DNA of 64,000 nucleotides from positions 3,466,768 to 3,530,767 of the forward strand of contig CAJINV010000009.1 in NCBI GenBank assembly GCA_905178155.1, written 5' to 3'. Both the position numbers and the translations under genes were made by a program. The DNA is from Amoebophrya sp. A120. Its lineage: Eukaryota; Protista; Dinoflagellata. Under the pieces are notes generated by a model that ran no database searches, was not told where the DNA came from, and saw only the letters and a list, made by a program, of their open reading frames with translations. Positions within the stretch are counted from its first letter, which is position 1. Every line of letters begins with the position of its first letter. Of this stretch, positions 51,519 through 62,200 are shown piece after piece.

Positions 51519-52956
51519 ATGACTAGACTTACGGCCGGGCGGCGGGCGATCGCAACTAGATTCCCTCCGTCTTTCGCGATATGTTGCAGAAGTACTCTAC
51601 TTACCACGTACCGCACCGAGAGAGAATTCACGCATGTGGTGGCACGCGGCCGGGACGTTGCGAAAACACGTAGTCTGACCACGACCTGTGGGACAGCAGG
51701 CGATTCATGTGGATATCATCATCTGCGCAACACGGCGGTGGAGCATCAGGGCGAGCACTTACTCGAGAAGAACGCCGGGAGTACTAGTGGCGCAAAAATG
51801 CTGCTGCTGTCACTGGAGCGCATGATGCGCATTAGCCGGAAATTAGGCGGAGGACGTGGATGTGGATATACCAGTCTCACTCGGTTGCCACCAAATCTCT
51901 CATGGCTCACCACGATCGCTTGCACCAGTGCCATGGGCCCTCGTGCGACGATGGGAGGATATTTAAGAGGTCTTCACGTGATATCATCAACCAACAATGC
52001 CGCAAGACCAGTACAACGACTGCGGGAACAACATCAATCTCGCCGCCACATCAACACGCAGCGGCGCAGGAAAATCGCGATCCGGAAATACCACTACCGG
52101 TTCCACTTCAAAAATGCGCAGTTTCGGCTGATATCAAAGAAAAAAAGTTCGTCGCGATCACTCATGCGCATTTTTGCAATGCAAAACTGTTTGTCATGCG
52201 TAAAAATGCATCACAGCCAAACTTCATTAGGGATTTCCCTAGTGTTTCCGCAATACAAGGAAAGTTTGTGACGCTGAGAAAATTTGTAATGCAAAGCCTG
52301 CAAGTTAGTGACTGTGACAAGCTTTTTTCTCTCCATAGCTGAAAATTCCGATTTACTACGGGCCGATAGCACTGCGACCGACCAACGCAAATGATAAAAG
52401 AAGAAGTGCACAGAGGAACTATTATCGGACGCCCAAATTGAAGGTCTTCAAACGACAGAGGTAGATAAAGTGTGATGGCAGTTCTACTCTTTGTGCGAGG
52501 CAGCAGCTCCGCACGGCGAGAACTTGCATTTGATGTTGTACATCAACAGCTCACAATATTGCGATTCTTGCACTGTTCAGAAGGAGAGCCTAGAAAAGCG
52601 TGACAACGAACAAACGTGGCAGCGCCGACTGCAGAAACAGATGAAAATCGCAAAAATGATGAAACAGCGTATTGTAAAATTTTCGATCAGAAGATCCAAG
52701 AAAGAGGCAAATGAAATAAAGCCATGCCCTTCCGATCTTGTTGAGAGAGCAGAAAAATCAATTACTGAAAAACAGAAGATTTCGGCCGACGGGCGACGGC
52801 ATTGATACAGATCCGCTGGAGATGAAGTTGAAAATGTATGTGACCATGCCTTCCACCTGGGCAGACGTGCGGGTGTCGCTACAGCCACTGTATGAGTCAA
52901 CTTTTGTGTGGTCCTTTTCCCAACAATTTTCAGGCAGGACCCCCATTATTTTCTAG
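51519..52956 (+). CDS. Basic hypothetical protein with Arg/Thr-rich, possibly mitochondrial-targeting N-terminus; 3' end uncertain
   Basis: Frame continues across introner 52132 (NAQFRL/KIPIYYGP) and GT-AG intron 52461-52549. Confidence 0.4.
52132..52337. mobile_element. Introner, E-like
   Basis: tatcaaagaaaaaaag..cttttttctctccata; DR gctga; frame restored. Confidence 0.82.
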
Positions 52957-53164
52957 GCTACGAGAGGACCTCAGGAATTTGTTTTGATGCTTAGTTGCTG
53001 CACTTTCATTTTTCGCATCTCTTCTTCTCCTTCCTGCATTCGTTGAGTAGTAGAGCCTTCGTGTTACTGGTAGACAGAAATATTACAAGACTCTGTCGCT
53101 AGACCATGCACCACATCAAAGAGTGGCCCAATTCTCCTTTTTCTGACATTTTTGAAGAAGTAGA

Positions 53165-53186
53165 TCCGTAGCATTTTTAATACAAG
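53165..53186 (+). other. Probable degenerate dinoflagellate spliced-leader relic
   Basis: TCCGTAGCATTTTTAATACAAG vs DinoSL DCCGTAGCCATTTTGGCTCAAG: 16/22 identical, same length, ~90 bp upstream of the kinase ATG. Confidence 0.5.
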
Positions 53187-53274
53187 AATCAATTTCATCG
53201 CTGCTGCTCCTGTGACTGATTGTGTTGATCGTAGAGCAGGGAAGTTGTAGATCCAACATCGCCTACAACTAACC

Positions 53275-56200
53275 ATGGTTGCGCCCGATACTGGTACACA
53301 GCACCAACAGCAGCACAAAATGGCACAGCAGCAGCAGCAGCAACATACGAACAATATCCCGCCGCAGGGTTCCATGCTCGCCATGCACCAACAGCTAAAA
53401 GTCCAGACCTTCGGGGATCCGAACGACCCGTATGTGATTATCCAGGAGCTCGGTGGCGGCATGCAGGCCCGGGTGTACAAGTGCAGGAAACAGAACCCGA
53501 ACCCCGACGGAACGCCAAACACGCAGGAATTTTTCGCCGTGAAGGTGGTGGAGCACAAGAGGACGCTGAACGACACGGAACGGGAGACGCAGGTCGCGCA
53601 CCTGCTGAAGGAGGCGGAGATCTTGAAAAACTTACACCATCCGAAGATCGTGAACTTAAAGCAAGTTCTTAGGGATGACGAACACGTGTACTTGGTGATG
53701 GAATACGTGTCAAACGGCGATCTGTTCGACAAAATCGCGGAACGAAAAGGGTTGTCGGAGCCAGAGGCGAAATACGTTTTTCAACAGATTTTGGAGGCGC
53801 TGGGGTACATGCACGGGCAGAATGTGGTATAATAGAAAATTTTTTGTTGGTTTTTGTCATTTATTTATAGCGTTTGATACAATTGCACACTTAAGTATGG
53901 CAGAACCAAAACAGCAACAGTATGCTGGTACACATTAGTGCAGCTGAAGATTCGCGATGATTTTTGTGATGTGGAGTCTCGCATGATTTTTGAAATAATT
54001 CCTGTTTGTCATGCGAAAATCAAAGAATAACAAGAAGCGCAAATGTATTTGGATCTACATCTCCTATCGCAACAAGAACCCCTACATCAATCACAGATCC
54101 ACCGCGATTTGAAGCCGGAAAACATTTTGGTTGGCAAGGAGGTGTCCGTGAAGGAGAACGACCAATCTTTCACCTATTTCGACGTCAAAGTCGCAGACTT
54201 CGGCTTGTCCAAAATTGTTTCCGAAGACTCCGTGGCGAAAACCCACGTGGGGACGCCCTACTACTGGGCCCCGGAGCTGCTCCGGGCATCCCAGAGCCAG
54301 CACAGGAAAAGGAACGAGGATAACCCGCAGGGCGGCGGTCAGACGAATAACGCGAGCCCGCGGACTGGTGCCGGGAATAAAACGAATAACTCCCCGAGGA
54401 CCAAGCAGGAAATAGAGAAGGAGCATATGCACTGCAAAAGTATCGTACTAGTACAAATCGCAATACAAACTGGCTCAGCATTACAAATTAAATTTGTAAT
54501 GCGGATTTACCTAACCAACTAGATTTGTAATGCATAACTGCGATTACTACGAGTGCGATGCTTTTGCACAGGATAGAGCAAAAGCAGAAGCAAAAAATCC
54601 AGAACGCGATCAACGGGAACAACTATCAAATGTAAAAGTGTCTGGGTCTGGAAATTTGTGATGCTAAAATGTGCAAGAGGAGGCCACTTGCTTATGCAGG
54701 AAAGCATGACAAGGTTGCAGCACGCTTTCTCATACGAACTCCGCATGAGAAACTGCGTTTTTGTATGACAGAAGAGGCTACCACTGTTCTTGGTCATGCA
54801 ATACAGATTTCACAGGAATGCAAGACCAGCATTACAAGTTCCAACTTTCCAGACCCAGACATTTTTACATTTGATAACAATTCGGGGAATACCAATGGCG
54901 CGGGAAATGAGGACACAAAAACGGACTTTGCGATCATCAGCACGGCGTCGGAGGACCAGGATAAAGACGAGGACGAAAACAACTCAAAATGGGAGGACGA
55001 AAATAAGTACGACTCCCGCGTGGATTTGTGGTCTTTATCCCGTGTAAAAACGTCCCCACCCCAGAGTCAAGATCGGGATTTTGCAACACAAACCTAGACC
55101 TTTTGGGAGTCACGCATGACAAGTTGCAGGCTGTACTGTAGTGCAGCTTAGCGAGGGAAGCCGCATAACAAATCCGTCTCCTGATCCTGCTCACAGTATT
55201 ACAAGTTCCAAAACACGATGAAAAATGCCTCTTATGGGGATGCGCATTACAAATGCTCTTGTGCTTGCAAATCTGCATGACAACTCTGGGGTGGGGATGT
55301 TTTTACATAGGATAGTCTTTGGGCGTGGTTTTGTACGTGATGCTGATGTATCAAATGTAAAAGTGTCTGGGTCTGGAAGATTGCCAGGTTTGTCATGCAC
55401 ATTTTGCATGACTCCTGATAGTACCTGTGATGCATGCCCTAGCACCATCGCAGATTTTGCGAGGGCTTCCTGATGCCGATACCGCATGACAAACGCTCTT
55501 TCCGTGTAGCGAAACTCGGACTCTCTTTGCTGCTCGTGCAATACAGATTTTTTTAAGATCCAATATCAGGATGACAAATTGGATTCTTCCAGACCCAGAC
55601 ACTTTTACAGTTGATATGATGGGGCACTACCCGTTCAACAAGAAGCGCGCGATGCCGTTGCTATTAAAAGGAAAAGTCCCCCCTCCCTATATCGAAAAGG
55701 TATCTTTCCGAAAATTTGTGTTGCTGATTTGAGGTCACAAATCACATTTCTCTTGCAAGAAGACAAGGGCAGAAGCTTCCGGCCCATTATGGAAGCGATT
55801 TGTCATGCTGTTGGGCCTAAAGGTCAGCCGTTTGCACTGCTGAGCAACTAGACCCATACGCCCCTACCTGAATGAGGATCGATCTGGCCGCAATGCCTTC
55901 CTGCAATACAAATCTGATTTGTGTACGCAAATCCAGCATCACAGATTTCCTTTTTGATATGGGGAGGGGGGGTTTTTCCTTTTCATAGTTGCACGACCAG
56001 ATTCTGGCGGGGTTGTCGTTGACGAAGCTGCAATATGAACTGCAAAAGTATCGTACTAGTATAAATCGCAATACAAATTGGCTCAGCATTACAAATTGAA
56101 TTTCTCATGCGGATTTCCCTTAACACGCAGATTTGTAATGCATAATTGCAATTACTACGAGTACGATACTTTTGCACTGGATATGCAATCGGATAAAAAG

Positions 56201-59200
56201 ACGAAACACCTGAGCGGTGAGGTGCAGCACCTGATCGCATCTTTACTAATATGCATTGCAAATATGTCTAGATCTGGAAGGTTGAAACTTGTCATGCTAA
56301 ATCCGAATCAAGCAACAATCTGTGTTGCATGACTGCCAAAAGCTGTCCACTTTCGACCAAGTTGGAGGGGAGTTTCTCATGCAGGATGGGCATGACAGAG
56401 ACCTCGCAGACTCTGTCATGCTAGATCCCGCATTCCAGACCTCATGGCTAATGGAAAACCTGCATTACAAGTTTAGACTCTTCCAGACCTCCCAGACACC
56501 TTTGCAGTTGATAACTAACCGCCGACGCGGATAAAAGGATGACCTTGGAGGAAATCTTCCGGCACCCGTGGTGCCACATGGGCTCGGAGTATTTGGCGAA
56601 GCGAAAACATCCGGTGACCACACACATCCCGCACAGAATACCGATCAGATTCGAGAAAATCCCGGAGGAGCGGTCAATTACGCTAGGCGCAACCGACGAG
56701 GTCTTTGCGGACGCGAATGAAGGCGACGGTGTAGGTGGAGTAGCTCCGGGAGGTTCTTCTTCGACGAAAGAACAGAAATCTACTGCGACGAGTCCGAAAG
56801 GGACGACAAATGACGCCGGAAATAATGTTGGAAAGGAAAAGAAGTTCGACCCGCCGGAACGAGGGCAAGAACCGATCATACAACCGACTACGGCACCAGC
56901 TGCAACTCTGGAATCTGCCGCGGTCAAAGAGACCAGTACTGTAGTAGTCCAAGGTAGTTCGAAAGACGAAATTGAGCTCGTTGATAAGTCGGTGAAGTCC
57001 GACAGCTACGATGAAGTTATTTCCGCGCCGTTCCAGAAACGGTCAGACCAACCTCTGGACACTAACTCGCCAAGAAGCTGCAATCGACAAGGCAACGCGA
57101 CGCATCACAGTTCATCTGTGTCTCCGTCGAAAGGAGCTGCTGTGAGAGGCGGACATCAGTTCATCCGCCCGGGGGCCGGAAATGTCGTTGCGCCGACGGA
57201 GATTCAGATCAACGAGGCCACTTCGACAGCGGTCTTAGCCGCCGCCGGTGGGGAGAAGCGACTGTCGCCCACGATGAATTCGCGTGGGGGAAACAACAAC
57301 TCGCCCAACAAACTACACAACACCATGCAGCCAGTGACGGTGCATACCACAACCTACCCCATGTCTGCTGGTACTATCACTGGAGCGGCGGTTGTGGCTG
57401 GAGGGCCGCACGACTCGCAGTTATCAAATGCAAAAATGTCTGGCTCTGGGTCTGGAAGAGTCATGCTGTTTTTGCATGACACAGAAGGTCTGGCATGGAA
57501 GATCTAGCATTACAGGTTTCGAGAAGCTTCCGCGATGCCGAATTTGCATGACAAATCCTCCATTTTCATGGGAGAAAGTGGGCAGCTTTTGCTACCTATG
57601 CATGAGAGATTTTTCTGTCTTCTGAAATGCGCATCACAAGTTTGTATGTCGGTGCGGTTGTTTTAGCAATGTCGGTGCGGTTGTTTTAGCATCACAAGTT
57701 TGTATTCTTCCAGACCCAGACATATTTGCAATCCATAGCAGTACGCAAACGACTATTACTTCCAAGAACTACTCCATTTACAGGCGACGATTGCGAAGTG
57801 TCTCGAGTCGGCCTATTTGGCGTACAGGGGGGCGAACCTGTCCGATGAATCTTCCATCGTGACAACGACAACAAATTCGACCTCCAATGTGCCCACCATC
57901 AACACGGTGGTGTCCACCGACACTTCGGACGTTTTACTCTCCAAGCACCTCCAGACGCAAAACACGGGCACCACGGGGGCAACAGCAACTACATCTGCAG
58001 TTTCCGCGACGGAGTCTCTTCTCGTCCAGCCGGCTTCTTCCGCCCAGCATCATCAAGTCGCAACTACGGGACCCGCCACAACGTCTATGAACCAGACCCA
58101 AGCTAATATGGTGACAACCTCTATCCTGTGCAAAAGTATCGTACTCGTACTAATTGCTATCATGCATGACAAACATCCATTTTTAGGTGAATCAGCATTA
58201 CAAACAAGGTCCGAGCACGGGGACAGAGTCCCCGTGCGGCGACCTTCCGGCATTTGTCTGCGCGGTGGCACTGGGCAGGCAGGTCGCTCGCAGCTAGGTA
58301 ATTCGTTGCGCTTTGCATTCAATGACCCGCGACGGGGGGGCCTCCTGCGGACGCGGCTCCCCTGCTTGCGCGCACTAGATTCATTAGCCTGCCGCGCGCA
58401 AAGATAAAAAGAAAAGAAGAAACTGACGCCGGGTCTGCAGCCGGCCCCCAGGTTATGGCGCTGCGACAGAGTCCCCACATTGCCCTAGGGCTTTTCTCTG
58501 CCCCCTCCTTGGCCGCGCGGTGTGGTTAACGGGGAGCGCTAACAGCTGGCCCCTAGGCCATGACGCGGGGACCGAGTCCCCGCGCTGGCCTAGGGCTTTC
58601 GCCCCTCGGCCGCACGGTGTCCGGGAAGCGCCCACAGCTGGCCCCTAGGCCATGACGCGGGGACCGAGTCCCCGCGCTGGCCTAGGGCTTTCACGCCTCG
58701 GCCGCACGGTGTCCGGGAAGCGCTCACTGCTGGCCCCTAGGCCATGACGCGGGGACCGAGTCCCCGCGCTGGCCTAGGGCTTTCGCCCCTTGGCCGCACG
58801 GTGTCCGCGAGCGAAGCGCTCACAGCTGGCCCCTAGGCCATGACGCGGGGACCGAGTCCCCGCGCTGGCCCAGGGCCTTCGCCCCTTGGCCGCACGGTGT
58901 CCGGGAAGCGCCTGCAGCTGGCCCCTAGGCCATGACGCGGGGACCGAGTCCCCGCGCTGGCCTAGGGCCTTCGCCCCCTGGCCGCACGGTGTCCGGGAAG
59001 CGCGCAAAGCTGGCCCCTAGGCCATGACGCGGGGACCGAGTCCCCGCGCTGGCCTAGGGCCCTCGCCCCTTGGCCACACGTTGACCGGGGAGCGCGCACA
59101 GCTGGCCCCTAGGCCATGACGCGGGGACCGAGTCCCCGCGCTGGCCGAGGGCTTTCGCCCCTTGGCCACACGTTGACCGGGGAGCGCGCACAGCTGGCCC

Positions 59201-62200
59201 CTAGGCCATGACGCGGGGACCGAGTCCCCGCGCTGGCCTAGGGCTTTCGCCCCTTGGCCACACGTTGACCGGGGAGCGCGCACAGCTGGCCCCTAGGCCA
59301 TGACGCGGGGACCGAGTCCCCGCGCTGGCCTAGGGCTTTCGCCCCTTGGCCACACGTTGACCGGGGAGCGCGCACAGCTGGCCCCTAGGCCATGACGCGG
59401 GGACCGAGTCCCCGCGCTGGCCTAGGGCTTTCGCCCCTTGGCCGCACGTTGGCCGGGGAGCGCTCACAGCTGGCCCCTAGGCCATGACGCGGGGACCGAG
59501 TCCCCGCGCTGGCCCAGGGCTTTCGCCCCTTGACCGCACGGCGTCCGGGACGGAAATGGTCACAGTTGGCACCTAGGTCATGGCGCGGGGACATAGTCCC
59601 CGCGCTCACCTAGGGCTTTCGATCGCCCCTCGGCCGCACCGTCTCGCGTGACAGCTTGGGCTTTGGGTCCAAACCCCACATAGCAAAGTCCGAAAGTTTG
59701 GCTGGGGTGTGTCCGAGAGTCTGCCCGGGGTGTGTCCAAAAGTCTGCCCTGGGTGTGTCCGGGGTGTGTCTGGGGTATGTTCGGACTTTTTGCCTGGGGT
59801 ATGTTCGGGGGTCTGTCTGGGGTATGTCTGGGGTGTGTCTGGGGTGTGTCTGGGGTATGTTTATACCCCACCTGTTGGCTTTTCGGCAAAAAATTGTAGT
59901 CCGCCCGTGATTGAGGAGCATTTGCATACCCCTGACACACCCCCGAACATACCCCCGAACATACCCCTCGCATGCATTTTTGACCAGCTGCTGCAGTTTA
60001 GATAGTAATTGCATTTTATTTCCTTTTGAAAAAATTTGTGATGCAATTTATACTAGTACGATATTTTTGCAATGCATAACCTCGGAAAGACAGCAAATTC
60101 TGACGAAGCTGCGGAATTTGTCGCAAAAGTGCTTCCAGGTGACGGCCCACCAGGCTTATGACTGCGTGGCGCAGTTTGGTGCGACGGCGAGGCGTATCAA
60201 ATGCAAATATGTTGGGGTCTGGAAGGTCGCAACTTGTCATGCTGTGTTTGTATTCTAGGGAAATTTGTATTACATGACCAGAACTACAAAGAGGGGTCCA
60301 GTTTGTGTTGCAACGCGGACAGGGCATTTCTCATGCAAAAGGCGCATCATTCAGGAAAGGTCCTAAGATAAATCTGTGATGCTAGAGCATACATCACAGA
60401 CAACCATGGGTCATGAGAAATATGCATGACAAGTCTTGCATTCATCTTCCAGACCCTGACACATTTGCAGTTCATAAGGCGGGTACGGGAAGACGTGTTG
60501 CCCGACATGCAGCTCGCGATCGAAGAGGACGCGCCGGAGCTCGCGCAGGGCTTTCTGGAGACGATAAACCAGTGGGTGTCGGAGATGAAGGACATGAACA
60601 CGAACATCGAGGACAGCTACAAGATGATCAGCGAAGAAATCCGAATTTTAATCGACTCGACTTCCGTTTTAAAAAAAGCGGTGGACGAGGAGATTTCGCA
60701 AGCGAACTTGAATTTGAAGCAAATTGCGGCGAGTTCCGGCGCTGTGGTACCAGCGAGTATCACGACGCTGAAGGCTGGAGCGGTTGTAGCAACGAGTGGT
60801 GGCGCGAGCGGGTCTAGTACTGCTTTGGCGCGGACCAGTTCGATCCCGGGTGCGACGACGACGACTTTAACGGCCGCGACCACGCCGACGGTGAATAATG
60901 CCACTTCAAGTAGCGCCATGTCTACTTCAAACAAGAATCATGGAAGTAGATCATCGTCGAACAACTGCTCGCCTGCCGACCACATTCCGGATTTGCAGGA
61001 CGCGAGGGCCGTGGTGCCGGTGACAAGGATATGAACTGCAAATATGTTTGGGTCTGGAATAAACTTGTGATGCTAGTTTCTGAATGGTGGGCGCACTGCG
61101 TTACGCAGCCACGCATGATAAGTTTCTGAGCTTCTATGTCTTTCGCTTCCCGCATGACAAACTGCGTTTTTGCATGACAGGTAAGCGGCTGGTTTCCTGC
61201 TCATGCATTACAGATTCAAGAGCCATGTGAGACAAGCATGACAAACCTGCATTCTTCCATACCCAGACATATTTGCACTTGATAGAGGACGCTCTCGCCC
61301 ACGACCACCGCGCTGATCGCGAACGGGGCAGCAGCAGCGGCGATCGACATATCAAATGCAAATATGTCTGGGTCTGGAAAGGTGGAACTTGTAATGCGTG
61401 TCTTGCTTACCTGAAAAATCTGTGTTGCATGAGCAGAAAACGGGCTGCTTCCCTTTTCATGCAAAAAGAAATAACACAGCTTGTAATGCTTGTTACGCAT
61501 CAGAAGGCGCTTCGGAAGCTTGTCATGCCTCGCTGCCATTGCAAGCGTTGCAATCATGCGCAATTCAGCATCACAGATTTCCAGACCCAAACATATTTGC
61601 ATTTGATACGACACCGAGGTTTACAAGAACTTGTACCAGAAAATCCTGCGCGTAGTGAATATGGACCAGAACATATGAGCGTGCACAACTCCCCGTCCCC
61701 CTCATTTGTCATGCATTTTACCCAAGCCACCCCTTACCTCTTGGCACTGTGTGCATGGCAAGTTCTGGTAGCCCAAATAGCACTATACTCCAATAAAAAT
61801 TTGTCATGCAGAACCGGCATTCTTGCTGATGCTTGTGTTGCTGTTCATGCAACACAAATGAAGATGGGGAGGGGGAGTTGTGAACTGTTATAGAACAGCT
61901 ACGGTGTCGTAAATAACAGCGGTGTCGTCGGCCCGAATTCGGTTACAGGTGTATCAAATGCAAAAATGTCTGGGTCTGGAAGAATGCGCGATTTGTCATG
62001 CTGCTTTTCCATGACCCATGGGGTCTGGAATGCAGGACCTAGCATGACAGATTCTATGCGATGATCTCTCTCAAGCCTATCCTGCATGAGAAAGTCCCTC
62101 CCGACTTGTTCAAAACTGGACGACTTTTGGTAATCATGCAACACAGATTTTTGCATGCTTCAGATTTAGCATGACAAGTTGCAATCTTTTCAGACCCAGA

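Larger units (their letters stand above)
58122..60078. mobile_element. Introner family B expanded to 1957 bp by a GC-rich insertion
   Basis: B-type ends intact; DR acctc; [14 protein letters not shown] restored. Confidence 0.88.

Noticed and set aside
58436-59645. CRISPR array (palindromic repeat with regular spacing)
   Set aside because: The intervening segments are near-identical rather than unique spacers, there are no cas genes, and the context is a eukaryotic intron; it is a minisatellite.
59702-59967. Telomeric repeat
   Set aside because: The unit is an irregular 11-mer, not TTTAGGG-like, and is internal to an intron.
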